From Monocercomonoides exilis PA203 (Eukaryota; Protista; Preaxostyla): 64,000 nt of DNA. The DNA is taken from NCBI GenBank assembly GCA_001643675.2, contig LSRY02000003.1, positions 1,240,001 to 1,304,000 on the forward strand, written 5' to 3'. The notes under the pieces were generated by a model, which saw only the letters and a program-made list of their open reading frames with translations, made no database searches and was not told where the DNA came from. Below are positions 10,690-22,374 of this stretch, piece after piece. Each line of letters opens with the position of its first letter. Position 1 is the stretch's first letter. The position numbers and the translations under genes are program-made.

Positions 10690-11663
10690 TTGATATGAAA
10701 TGAGAATAAACTTCCCATTTCAACGAGTATTCTCAACTTTGGTTTTCCCGATACCAAAAACGTTTTTGATTGGATTTTGTTCAAGAGAGTAAGTTGCGTT
10801 GAAGAGAACTTTGGATTCAGGTTGCTCTATAATTTCATCTGGATTTTTGTGTGAATAGATGCATTGTCCATAACGATAACTGATTATTAATATGATTTGA
10901 TTGATCACAAAAATATTTTCAAATAAGTTTCAAAAAATTCGTGGTCAATTGAATGTCGAACAAGTTCAGTTCATAACATTCCATTAATTGCAATTGGCGT
11001 TATTGCAATAAGAGAATGAAGCAAAGGAGTAAGAGGAACAAGAACCTTATCTTCTTATTCTGACCATCCGTGCTTAATGATTCAGCTTATGTTCCACAAA
11101 GCCTCATCGATGAAAAAATGAACATCACCGTCCCATTGAAATTGGAAAAGCTTCTCAACATTGTTTATTCTTTGTTATTAATTTTTATCTGTATTTCCAG
11201 CAGATTGTCTCACGGTGATTCTTTTTAAGGAATACAAAGGAAACATGTGAGTCTCACAGTTTAATTCTTTCAAAAATTATTGAACCGAAGATTTCCCAAT
11301 TGAATGTCCTGAATTTGTCATTTCAAGTGCAACTTTTCTCAAAGTTGTTTGCGAGTTTTGTTTCATTTTTACTCTGAGTATCTGATACAAAGAATCATTA
11401 TCGACAATTCTTTTCTTTCCTTTTTTTTTCAAACTGTTGTGTGACGTCCACACCAACTCGCAACTTTAATTAATTCCTTAAAGTTGTGACTATCGTGAGA
11501 AAACATTCATTTGCAAATCATGATTCTGTCTTTGCCAGACCACGAATACGAAACAAATATATTAGCTTTTTTCCAATTTCCAACGTGGTTGGACAGGATG
11601 GTTTTTTGTTGATTTTAATTTCGCAATCGTTTGCTTCCCGGATTTGTTAACTTATTTGTCATT
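10690..11663 (-). pseudogene. Decayed IS630/Tc1-family (DDE_3-type) transposase
   Basis: Minus-strand fragments: HTH-like QTTLRKVALEMTNSGHSIGKSSVQ, FFIDEA (first D, ~11110), MDNASIH (second D, ~10860) and YSLEQNPIKNVFG (YSPELNPIE motif with E changed to K). Stops and frameshifts throughout; TIRs not found. Confidence 0.8.
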
Positions 11664-12527
11664 CAGTTTCTTTTTTCTTTTATTCTGCTCTAATTCGTTT
11701 TCAATGATGAATTCAACCTTCAAGCTGATGAATTGAGCGCATTATGACTGGACTAACGCAATATTCTTCTACAGTTGGGACATTTCGAGTTGTCAAAAGT
11801 TAATTTGTGTTGTTTGAGCTTGCAATTAGTAAAAATGTGTGATTATTTTTGAAATCATAACTTTTATCTGTGTGTTTGTTTTAATGAAATTTCATTGTCA
11901 TTTGCAAAATAATTTCAAACAAATTTAAAAAACATATCTTTCGTTTCAAAAACAAAAGTTAGACTCGAAAAAAATATAAGAGGCCCCACATAATAGCTCT
12001 ATCACTTTTCAGGGTTCGTTGATGAACATTTTGAACAAAAATTCAATCCGAAAATTATGACAGAAATTATATGATTTTTAAAATTGAAACCTATATTGCT
12101 CACAAAGATACTATCAACAGGTTTTTATCAGTTATTTTGGTTTTGAAATTTTACACAATAATTGGTTCCAGCAATTTTATTTTTAAACAGATCAACATTT
12201 ATTTTCGAAAGATAGAAACATAAAAAGGAGTGATTTGTAATTTTCTTCATTTTTTTAATCTAAGCATTTTTTCTATCAACCACCAATTGCTTTTATATTC
12301 TTTTTCATTTTTCTCAATGAATCTTAATGTCATTGTTGTTAACATTTGTCATTGAAGGGATTGAATGTTGTCGTATCATATTTTATGAATTTAAAATAAC
12401 AAACCGGAAAAATGTGTTAAATTGAAAACAAAAAGTTAATTCAAAATTCAAAATTTTCTAACGGAAATATTTTCAGTTTCAAATTTTGTCCTATATGTCC
12501 TCCAAAATGGAAGATGCAAAATGAATT

Positions 12528-12615
12528 CTTTATTTTATTTTATTTTATTTTTATTTTCATTTTCATTTTCATTTTTATTTTTATTTTTATTTTTATTTTT
12601 ATTTTTATTTTTTTT
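12528..12615. repeat. (TTTTA/TTTTTA)n simple repeat
   Basis: Directly visible. Confidence 0.9.
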
Positions 12616-12999
12616 GACAATTCTGATAATTAAAATAAAATAAACATTCTCTATCTATGGAAAAAATGAGAATTTTTATTAATTTGAATTGAAATGATAC
12701 TTACGATAATCTCATTCTTGAGCAGTTCAGTGCAATCCGACAATTGGTCATTTTCTTACAAATGAAACATTTACTACAAATTTTCAATCAATCATTATAA
12801 AATTGAGTACTTCGAGACAAAACAAAATTGAAAAGAAATTTAAAATAAAATTATCCAAAATCGTTCTTTTAAATATAATAATAATAATTATAAATTAAGA
12901 ATTAAGAATAGAATAGAATAGAAAAGAAAAAGAACAACTTTAAAAATATATACAAAAGAAATATCAGGAAAAATTCAACTAATGTGGACTTTTGCTTCA

Positions 13000-15900
13000 T
13001 TATCGATAATTTCCATTATTTCTTTGATATTTTTGATTCGAATATCGAGAATGTGGGGTGGATGCAGAATAAGATGGATGATAAGATGAATATTTTGTGT
13101 GTGCTGAAAAGGAAGAAGAAGAAGAAGATGATGATGATGATGAAGGAGAAGCAGATGAAGAAGAAATCAACGACGATGACGAATATGATGAAAGCAATGA
13201 TGTCGATGATGAAGCAGGGGTGCGTGAGGTGGATGCGCCAGAACGCAAAGAAGAAGAAGGAGAAAGAGAAGGAGAAAGAGATGATGACGATGAATATGAT
13301 TCTGGAATAGGCTTGTAAGTGCGAGAATTCCTTGAGCGAGCAGCATATGTTGTGCTTTCAGCAGTTGATGGCTTAAAAGAAGTAGTAGTAGTAGTAGAAG
13401 AAGAAGGAACTGCTGCTGAATTAGACTTATACGAACTGTAAAAATTAGAAGCCAACGAAGAATAAGTCCGCTGCGTTGGCTTGATTTCTTCTCTTTCTCG
13501 TTCTCTTCCTCTTCCTCTTCCTCGTTCATTTTCTTTGTATCGTTCATTCACTTCTCCCTGCATCGAACTTTGAGACGAAATGGAATTACGTTTTGGAAGC
13601 CTTTCGCTTCCAGATTGAAGAGATGAATAGCTTTGGGTCTCTTTATAAGAAGAGGAAGGATAATGAGAAGAAGGAAAAGAAGAAGGAGAAGGAGAAGAAG
13701 TTGATGATGATGCCGATGGTTGCGGTTGTGATTGTGGTGGTGGAAGTGGTGGTTGTGGCATTGAAGAGGGTAGAGAAGGCGAAGAAGCATCAGAAGAATC
13801 TCTCAAATATTCAGACGGGATTGGTGGAACACGCCGTGTTGGTTGCATTGATGAGGAGGAAGAGGAAGAAGAGGAGGAGGAGGAAGACGAGGAAGAGGAA
13901 GAGGAAGGAGAAGAAAAGATTAAAGGAATTGGAGGGAAAGAGGATCTATGAGAAAGGAAAGATGAAGATGGAGTAGCAAGAAGATAATATGAAGATGAAG
14001 ATTCCGATGAAGGAGGATAAGAAGAAGAGGAAGAGGAGGAAGAAGACGATGAAGAAGAGGGAGAGGAGGAAGAAGACGATGAAATAGAAGGTGTGTAACT
14101 GAAAGGAGAAGAGGATGAGCTTCCAGAAGTTCTTTGATTGGATGAGACAGATGCAGCAGCAGAAGAAGAAGGGGATGATGAATACGAAGAGGAGGAAGAG
14201 GAAGAGGATGAAGGATATGAGCCATTCGAGACATTCTGATGAGACTGCTGTTGACTTTGTTGATTTTGTTGATTTTGCTGCTGCAGAAGTTGCTGAGGAT
14301 GCGGCTGTGGCAATGCAGGCATTGGCAGCTGGGGCTCCTTGTGCATCAGCGCTGGCTGGGATGGCTTATAAGATTGGATTGAATGAGTTGACTGTGTTGA
14401 CTGTGCTGATTGTGCTGATTGTGTTGGCTGAGCAAGCTGTGTGGAATAAACAGACTGTGCTGTTCTCTGCTGGTGCATGGACTCGGTTTGAGTGGCATGT
14501 GGTGAGTATGAATGACTGCGAGGCTCATTCTGAGGCTGAATCTGCGGCTGTTGGTGGTATGGAGGTTGTGGGATGTATGCTCTGTTCTGGTCCTCAGTGC
14601 ATTTTGGTGAAGGAGAAGATGATGATGAAGAGGATGAACCATTCGAAGAAGCAGAGGCAGAGGCAGATGAAGGAATGTTTGGAACAGCAGGGAATGTGAT
14701 GTTTTGGCCATTGTGAGAAGAAGAGAAAGAAGAGAAAGAAGATGATGGAAGCAATGGAGATGACGATGCTGATGTAGGCTCAGCAGGCAAAGAATGAAAT
14801 ACCACATGTGCCGATGAAGATAAAGAGGAGGATGCTGAAGAAGAAGAAGAAGAAGAAGAAGAAGAAGAAGAAGAAGGAGGAGGAGGAGGAGGAGGAGTTG
14901 AAGAAGTAGTATTTGAGTTCATAGCAACAGCAGAAGAAGAACGCTGCGCATTGGTCACATTCGATACATTCGAATGGCTTGCATACGAAGAAGCCCCTTC
15001 AGTTAAAGTGTGGCCTTGTGTGTTTGCAGCGGGAGCAGAAGAGAAAGAAGTCGGCTTTGTCCAGTGAGGCGGGTTGCTCAGCACACTCGCGCTCTTCACA
15101 CGCTCTATCACCACTGCAATCCCATCTATCACAGACAGATGCCGCAGCGCTGAGGTTGCAAACGGATAAGCCGAAGAAGAAGAAGATGATGATGATGATG
15201 AAGACGGGTGAGAAGAGGAAGCTGTCATGTTCCCTATCATGTTGCCTCTTCCTCTCCCTCCTCTCATCAGCCTGTCTTCGCCTTCCTCTTTCTTCCTCGC
15301 ATAGTTTGCATACTCCTCCCTCGCCTTTGAGGCAAGCGCCAAGACAAGCTCTGCCTCCTCTTTGCTTCTGAACTCCACAAGAACATTCTTTCCCCTCTGG
15401 AACGTCTGCGCTGGCTTCACAGAACTGCCCTTTTCGATCGCTTCGTTCACTTTCTTCTCGTCCACACGCAGTATCGCATTGGAATAGCCATTGCGAGAAG
15501 ATGCCTGGTGATAGGAAGACGCATACGATGCAATGGAAGAAGAAGAAGAAGAAGAAGACGATGCCAATAAGGATGAATTTGATGGTGTGATTCCAGATGG
15601 ATGAGGTGGAGGTAGTGTCAGGTATCGGTCATATTGCACTGGCTTGACATACAAATACCTCAAAAGTTCAAGCTTTATTGCTGCTTCGGCATCAGGTGAA
15701 ACTGATGCTGCAACAGTGGTATTGTCAATAAGCGGTCCATTTGACGGTGCTTGCGCTCTTTTGAAGCTTTCTTCTTGTTCTCTGCTTCTTTCTCTTTCTC
15801 TTTCTCTTTCTCTCTCTCTCTCCTGTTCTCGCTCGTTGGCCTCTTCCATCTCTTCTCTTCTCCTTCGCTCCCATTCTCTTTCTCCTTCCTTCATAATCCG

Positions 15901-16728
15901 TTCCTGCTCTTCCCTTTCTTTGATTTCTCTGTCTTCCTTCTCCTTTCTCTCATCTTCCTCTGCCTTTCGCTCCATTTCCAGCTTCCTTTGGCGCTCTTCC
16001 TCTTCCCTCGCTTTCTCTTCGCGCTCCCGCTTCTCAACTTCAATCCTCCTCTCCAACTCTTCCAGTTCCCTTCGCTTCTGCTCAAGAACTGTTGCCTGAA
16101 GGCTTCCACCCAATGCAGAATCAAAGCCAGGCACAATTGTCTGAGGAATTTGAAGAGATCGCTGATCAACAGAAGCACCTGGAATAATTTGAGGCAAGTT
16201 CAATTGAGACGCTTGCATCATCTGAAGTAATGATGATTGCGTAGTCGAGGGAAATGATGGAGGAAAAATCTGTGTTCGTTGAGCAGGAGCTGGTAAAGTT
16301 CCAAATTGTGGAGATGATGGAACCAAAAGTTCAGGAGTCACAATCTCATTGTTCGAATAAACATGCAACATTTCACAGGAAACAAATAAGCGCTTTTTCT
16401 CGTCGGGCTTCTGTTCAAGGATAAAAACATGAGTGAAAGGAGATGCAGTTTCTGCGCCTGTTTCAATCCATCCGTCAATGGTCACAAGCGCAAAACGATC
16501 AAAACTCATCGATTTAGTGAACTGAAGAACAGTTTTTCTTTTTTGTTGCGCTTCATAAAAGGATTCGATCTCATCATGGCCTTCTAGAATTGAATCTTTA
16601 TCTTGAAAACGTTCAAAACGTACGGCATAATCCGCATAAAAGTTTGTTAATTCGGCTGGCTCTGTTTCAAGTAGCTTGTAAAACTGTGAAGCAAATCTTG
16701 GCCCTATTTTTTGCCCTGTAAGAGACAT
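13000..16728 (-). CDS. G3BP/Rasputin-like protein: NTF2 domain, charged coiled coil, split RRM with RGG, long Ser/Pro/Gln tail
   Basis: N-terminus IGPRFASQFYKLL..FY..GHDEI..FTHVFIL..LFVSCEMLH fits the NTF2 fold. RRM-like strands YLYVKPV, VLVEFRSKEEAELVL and GIAVVIERVK; RGGRGRG motif. Confidence 0.7.
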   Translation of the reverse strand: MSLTGQKIGPRFASQFYKLLETEPAELTNFYADYAVRFERFQDKDSILEGHDEIESFYEAQQKRKTVLQFTKSMSFDRFALVTIDGWIETGAETASPFTHVFILEQKPDEKKRLFVSCEMLHVYSNNEIVTPELLVPSSPQFGTLPAPAQRTQIFPPSFPSTTQSSLLQMMQASQLNLPQIIPGASVDQRSLQIPQTIVPGFDSALGGSLQATVLEQKRRELEELERRIEVEKREREEKAREEEERQRKLEMERKAEEDERKEKEDREIKEREEQERIMKEGEREWERRRREEMEEANEREQERERERERERERSREQEESFKRAQAPSNGPLIDNTTVAASVSPDAEAAIKLELLRYLYVKPVQYDRYLTLPPPHPSGITPSNSSLLASSSSSSSSSIASYASSYHQASSRNGYSNAILRVDEKKVNEAIEKGSSVKPAQTFQRGKNVLVEFRSKEEAELVLALASKAREEYANYARKKEEGEDRLMRGGRGRGNMIGNMTASSSHPSSSSSSSSSSSAYPFATSALRHLSVIDGIAVVIERVKSASVLSNPPHWTKPTSFSSAPAANTQGHTLTEGASSYASHSNVSNVTNAQRSSSAVAMNSNTTSSTPPPPPPPSSSSSSSSSSSSSASSSLSSSAHVVFHSLPAEPTSASSSPLLPSSSFSSFSSSHNGQNITFPAVPNIPSSASASASSNGSSSSSSSSPSPKCTEDQNRAYIPQPPYHQQPQIQPQNEPRSHSYSPHATQTESMHQQRTAQSVYSTQLAQPTQSAQSAQSTQSTHSIQSYKPSQPALMHKEPQLPMPALPQPHPQQLLQQQNQQNQQSQQQSHQNVSNGSYPSSSSSSSSSYSSSPSSSAAASVSSNQRTSGSSSSSPFSYTPSISSSSSSSPSSSSSSSSSSSSSYPPSSESSSSYYLLATPSSSFLSHRSSFPPIPLIFSSPSSSSSSSSSSSSSSSSSSSMQPTRRVPPIPSEYLRDSSDASSPSLPSSMPQPPLPPPQSQPQPSASSSTSSPSPSSFPSSHYPSSSYKETQSYSSLQSGSERLPKRNSISSQSSMQGEVNERYKENERGRGRGREREREEIKPTQRTYSSLASNFYSSYKSNSAAVPSSSTTTTTSFKPSTAESTTYAARSRNSRTYKPIPESYSSSSSLSPSLSPSSSLRSGASTSRTPASSSTSLLSSYSSSSLISSSSASPSSSSSSSSSSSFSAHTKYSSYHPSYSASTPHSRYSNQKYQRNNGNYR

Positions 16729-17265
16729 TTTTAATTTTCGCTAAAAATATGTTATAAATTTGGATTATAGAAATAAAATGTTAATAATTCGTTAAAAATT
16801 GTATTTATAAGTTAAAATAATAAAATGAAACGAATTAGAATTAAAAAAATATTTTATTGTCGCTGGAAACAAACAATGATCAGGCAAAAAACTCTATTTT
16901 CAATTTTCTATTATGGTTAAATAATCATTTTTATTTTTGAATGGAATATTATGATTTCAGTTTCTAGAATAAATTTTTATTATTTTATGTTTAAAACGTT
17001 CATCATAATACGTATTAAAAATGTGATAAGAGATGTTTATTCTTTCCTTTTATAATATTGATAAATTGTAATACATACAAAGAAAGAAATTATAAAATCA
17101 CTTAAATTAAAATTTGTTTCAAGAAAAAGAAGAAGAAGAAAATAATTAAATAAAAAAACTATTGTAAAATAAGCGAGAAGTATTGAACAATGAAATGTTG
17201 TTGTAATTTCATTTTGCTTTTCACAAATATCACTTTAAAACTTCATCTCTCCTGTCATATCAAAT

Positions 17266-18096
17266 TTATTTTTGATTATATGTAGCCGAGTACGATGATT
17301 GAATTGGTGCTTTATCATCTCCTAAGGCAAATCCTGCTTCTCTTTGTTGTCTTCCCGTTCCTTTTCCTTGATGGCGACTTCCTTCCGAATCATCTCTTGC
17401 CCATGGAGCTTCACTGCTTTTGCTTTTTGCTGAAATATTGCGCAATAAAAAATAAACAAGAATGGGGAGGGAAATAGGGAAATTATTAAAAAAAAAATAG
17501 AAAAGTTTTCACAAACTGGAGTATCCAGCAGCAGGTGCCTCTTCATAAGAAGATTTGGAAGAAGGTGTATAATCTGATTTATAAGAGCTTGATGAAGTCG
17601 TTTTAAATCTCCCTTCTTCGCCAGAATCTCCGATTGAAACAATCACATCACTTGTTCTTGGTTGGCGAATAGACTGTTTCCCTCTAGGTTTTTCCGAGCT
17701 TTCCTCTTCCGTATTTCCGAGTGAAAAATGAGATTTTCTCAAACGGTCTTTATCATCCTGCGTCAAGCGAGAGGGTTGTGCATCTCCCTCACTCGAATGT
17801 GACGTGTAAGTCGACTGACTTGTCGTTTTAAATGTATCAGAACTTCCTTCATCAGATCCAAAATTGAAAGACTCTTTTTGCATGTCTTTTTGGTGAGATC
17901 TCGCTGGCGCAACATCAACTGTTCTTGGATCTGCATATGACTGGAAAAAATGTTCAAATTATGATTATTATTTCACATTTAATTTTTTTTCAAGTTGATT
18001 AAAAGAAAAAGTTCATACTGCTTGGCTGCTACTTTGAAAATGAGATTCTCCATCTCCTAATGAAAATCCAGATGTTTTTCTTGCTGATTGTGACAT
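17266..18096 (-). CDS. Small repeat protein resembling TEX45/SAXO-type microtubule inner proteins (3 exons)
   Basis: Spliced frame MSQSARKTSGFSLGDGESHFQSSSQA|SYADPR..GYST|KSKS..GFALGDDKAPIQSSYSATYNQK* using GT-AG introns at ~18018-17941 and ~17515-17430. Five F-x-L/F-G...F-x-TT/SS..Y repeats. The family call rests on motif resemblance only. Confidence 0.55.
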
Positions 18097-18507
18097 ATTT
18101 TATAGAGATGTTTTTGAGGTTGTTTCAAATAACTGAAAGAAAGGTTCAATTTAAAATTAGTAGTCTGAAATAATGGTTAGTATTAAAAATGTTAGTGAAG
18201 ATTAATAAGGATTTTTTGAGAAGTTATGTTCATTCCTAAAAAGAAAATACTGCACATGACATTTTGTAAATGAAAATAAGAATGAAAAACGAACGTCGAA
18301 TTACAAAAAAACAAAAAAAAAAATTTATTTGACTATTTTGAAAAAAATATCTTTAAAATAGTATCTCAAGAAAAAAAACCAGAATGAACTCAAAGAATGC
18401 TATGTGTGAATGAAATAAATGCATATTAGCTGGAGGTGAAAGAAGATAAAATTGGTTCGAAAATAGCATTCTTCACAAATGGATAATCCATTTTAATTTA
18501 TATAAAA

Positions 18508-19356
18508 TTAACATTCGACTGAAACTGAATAAAAATTGCTCTCCACACCACATTCGTTTGCCCCTCTAAGCATTCTAAAGAATCCATTTTCTCCCCAATC
18601 ATCTCCCCATGAATTTTGCAATATCCAATAAGGAATTCCATTTTCCACTCCCCATCCAATAAGAGGAACAGCATGCCCACCACAAGCTGTTTTTGATGCG
18701 TGCTGATAAATTCCTTTTTCATAATTCATGAAATCAAGATAAATCATAAATCGAGCGTAAACAGGCCCATTTGTACATAATTCTTGCTGAATCTGATTCA
18801 CTGTGAAATGCTGTAATTTTTTTGCTTTATATCTTTTGATGAAAGATCCATTAACGCATTTTTGAGGACATTGAGGAATTCTTCCAGAGCCCGAAACATA
18901 TGGAATGCAATCTTCCGTCGTGATCCCATGGTCAATCACCCATTTATATGCAAGTGTTGCATTTCCTTTTTCACATCCAAAATCAGTCGAATCACACGAA
19001 ACAAGATCTTGGACAGATAGCATGCCCTTCGGACAACCATTAATAGCAAAGCGATCGCTAACAGTCTCTGCGGTTGTAAAAGCCCAACACGATCCACAGG
19101 CTGACTGTCGATATGAGCCGTATATTTTTCCAGGCCATTGCTCTCTTGCATCAAATGACTCAGGAAGATTTTCTGGTTCAACATATTTTTCTGCATCTTC
19201 CATTTCAAAAATTTCTCCAAGCATAGACATCATTTTCTTGTAAGTTATAATATCTGGAGAATAATCCTTCGCTTTCCATGTTGATTTGGGGTTATTGTTA
19301 ATATCTTCAATTAACGATGCTGCGACGAACGACAATAAAACAATTGGAAGAAGCAT
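18508..19356 (-). CDS. CTSB: Cathepsin B-like papain-family cysteine protease
   Basis: Signal peptide MLLPIVLLSFVAA (true start 19356), LPESFDAREQWP, QSACGSCWAF (Cys), GGHAV (His), QNSWG (Asn), ANECGVES. Confidence 0.95.
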   Translation of the reverse strand: MLLPIVLLSFVAASLIEDINNNPKSTWKAKDYSPDIITYKKMMSMLGEIFEMEDAEKYVEPENLPESFDAREQWPGKIYGSYRQSACGSCWAFTTAETVSDRFAINGCPKGMLSVQDLVSCDSTDFGCEKGNATLAYKWVIDHGITTEDCIPYVSGSGRIPQCPQKCVNGSFIKRYKAKKLQHFTVNQIQQELCTNGPVYARFMIYLDFMNYEKGIYQHASKTACGGHAVPLIGWGVENGIPYWILQNSWGDDWGENGFFRMLRGANECGVESNFYSVSVEC

Positions 19357-19433
19357 TATCCAGACACTCTTCACCAGACAATTTAAATAGAATTTTCTGA
19401 TTAAAAATATTAATTTATACAACATTGATCAAA

Positions 19434-19984
19434 ATGATCCACTTTTTTTATCTTATAAACCGTTTGGGCAGAATTAGAGTTGCAAAGTACTATGTGCCAT
19501 ACGAAGATGAAGAAAAGCGTTCGCTCGAGTCGCAAACACTAAGAATGATTACAAAGAGGCCAAAAGATTTCACTCATTTTATCGAGGTTTAATTTGTGCT
19601 TTTCAAAGTGAAAATTTTTAATTTTTTGTCATAACACTTATCGTCACATTTAGTATAAAAGCATGAAGCTTATATTCCGCCGTTATGCCGGATTGTATTT
19701 TATTGTTGGCGTTGATTACAACGATAATGAACTTGCATATCTTGAGGTTATCCATCTTTTTGTGGAGTGTCTTGATGATTATTTCGGAACCGTTTGCGAG
19801 TTGGATGTTGTGTATACTTTTTACAAGGTTTGCTCGCTGTATGTTGCATGATTTTTTGAGATTAATTATCTGTTTAAATCAGGCTTACGCAATCATTGAT
19901 GAGATATTTCTTGGGGGAGAAATCCAGGAAACAAGCCGCAGTGTTGTTGTTTCAAGATTGAGAGATTTGGATATGGAAGATTGA
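19434..19984 (+). CDS. AP2S1: Adaptor protein complex sigma subunit, most like AP-2 sigma (exons 19434-19586, 19654-19827, 19883-19984)
   Basis: [23 protein letters not shown]..|[51 protein letters not shown]|[18 protein letters not shown]; two phase-0 GT-AG introns. Confidence 0.9.
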
Positions 19985-20339
19985 TTCCTTTTTCTTCAAA
20001 ATTTCTCTTTTTTCTGATTATTTCAAAAGAAAAATCAAAATTTTGAATTTTTATTTTTAAACTTGTTATTCTGGATCACGTAAAATACATTGCAATGTTA
20101 TTCGAAAATTATTTTCAAAAATCGATCAAAGCTGTTATTGTTATGAAAACCGGATTATTTTTCAATAACGTTTTTTTTTTTAATTTTTTTATTTTAATTG
20201 TGTTGTCTTTTTATAGACGCTTTTTTCTTTATTGGCACCAAATTTTTTTGAAATGAAAAAAAGTTAAAAACACATCAAAAAAAAATCAGAATCAACAACT
20301 TTTTTTAACTTTTCTTTTTCTTTTTTCACATTCAAAAGG

Positions 20340-21875
20340 ATCAAATTCATCAGTCGTTGCATCGTCGTCATTCTTAATTTTTCTGAAAATCCTTTTCACT
20401 TTTTTCTCCAAAGTTAATTCTTCTTCTTCAATTTCCTTATCTTTTTCTTTAATTTCTTCAATTTTCATCTTGAGTTTTTCATTATTTTCTTCTCATTTAT
20501 CAATAAACTTTTTTTCTGCAATTTCTTTTTAGAAGAAATCGAAACAGTGTGAGTGTGAAGGAACTGAGTATTTCGGAGGCAACTGAAGTTTCATAATCAC
20601 CGATCCAGAACCATTGCTGATGACTCTGCTTTTGATGAATTCCATTTATATCACAGATGGAGTGAATGCAGTGTGAATGACTTGTGACAACTCATCTGCA
20701 ACAGCTGTTCTTTTATCAAATGAGGATGTAGATGATGGAGAGCTGTAATTGTTTGAAAGCTCCGACTTCAACACTGCAAATACGCATCTGTCCATTGGCT
20801 GTAATATGTGTGCCACTTGTGGAACGATGGTGACGATGTCTATTTCGGCTTCCTTGAACTGTCTCCATATCGTTGGATCTGCCCGCGATGAGTGTGAATC
20901 CAGGAGAAGACAACGATGAGATTCTTTAAGTATTCTCTTTCTTCTATCAATGACACAAGGCAATGGAACTGTTGAGGCGAATTTTTTGAAAGATATTTTG
21001 TCCATCCATCCGTTTGTGTTTGGCCAAAAGTCAAGCGAAGGTGCTAACAGTGTTGTCAGTTCTTTCGGAAGAGTTGCGCTCGGACACAGCACAATAGAAA
21101 GAAGCCAGATGCCATCAACAGCTATTCAAGCAACGATAGTGGCATTCGGTATCCGTTTGGTTGTTTATTTGAACCCTGATTGTTTATCAGAAGGATGAAC
21201 AACAACACCACGTTACGAAGTTGGAATGCGAAGGGAAGATTCATCGATATTGAAGATTAATTCCTCGGGATATTTGTTTTGCATCGTGTAGTGCTTGTAA
21301 TTTTGCGAACCACAGATTTAGGACTTTCTGGCAAGATGCTGCAAGTCTGTTGATATCAACTTGTTTTGGAAGCGATGACTTCAATTCCGGATGGCGCTTT
21401 ATGAAGGCGTAAACTGTCTTTAGAGTATCTGTATATTTCTTCTTTTTTTCATTATCTTCTTCTTCACAATCGTTCATTATATTTTCCATTTTAATAAAAA
21501 TTTATATTTAATTTTAATGTCAATTGCAAACCAGATCACGCGCTTTTCGTAATGTGAGGCTTGCCCCAGATCGAGATTCAATTTTTACTTCTTCCAAGAA
21601 TTGCTTTTCTTATTTGCGGCTAATAATTGGTGAGTGCTTAACTTTTGCAATCGGCCTGCCTTTTTAATGGCTTTGACAGTGTGTTTCAATGATTATTTGT
21701 TGATTCCACCATATTTTCCACATTGATCAGCCTGACAACACTATCATTCACAATGAATGTCATCCTTTCCAATCTTGTCTCATATTTCCAATAATGCAAT
21801 TACGACATTGCTTCCTTCGGAATCTTCTGTGCTTCTTCAACTTTCTTTTTCACTTTGATATCTTTGATTCATCAT
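20340..21875 (-). pseudogene. Decayed pogo/Tigger (DDE_1) transposase
   Basis: NIDESS (~21245), NGWMDKISF, CLLLDSHSSR, IVPQVAHILQPMDRCVFAVLK; the frame is broken by frameshifts and stops. Boundaries approximate. Confidence 0.85.
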
Positions 21876-22374
21876 AGTTTTGAACGTAAAAAAAACATTT
21901 TTAAAATAAAAATTTGTATTTTTTAATGTTTTTTTTTCTAATTTAAAAATTTATTATTATTATTATTATAATTATTATTATTTTTGTGAGAATAACATTC
22001 TTTTTCAAGGTTGTTTTATTGTTTTCGAATTCTTCAACCCACCATAAAAAAAAACAATTTTCTTTGCTGGATAAAAATATAATTTTCTCATTTCCTTTTT
22101 CATGTTTGAATATGATTTGTTCTAATTTGAATATTAAATTTTTTTAAAAAATGCTTTTAAATACTCATCAATACAAAACATCTCAAACCAACATTTAAAA
22201 TTCAAATCTCAAAATTCTCATTATCCAAAAAATCTTATCATATTCTCACACTCATCTCAAAGCCCAACAAAGAAAATTTCAGTTTTGATCAAGATAGATT
22301 CAAGAATGTTAATAACAATTTCTTTCTCTCTCATTTCATATTCAGTTTTGAAACTTATTTCTTGTTTTCGAATC

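Noticed and set aside
20089-22040. Possible TIRs for the pogo fossil (AATGTTATTC / GAATAACATT)
   Set aside because: Only ~10 bp of match in AT-rich DNA and no matching right-hand TA terminus.
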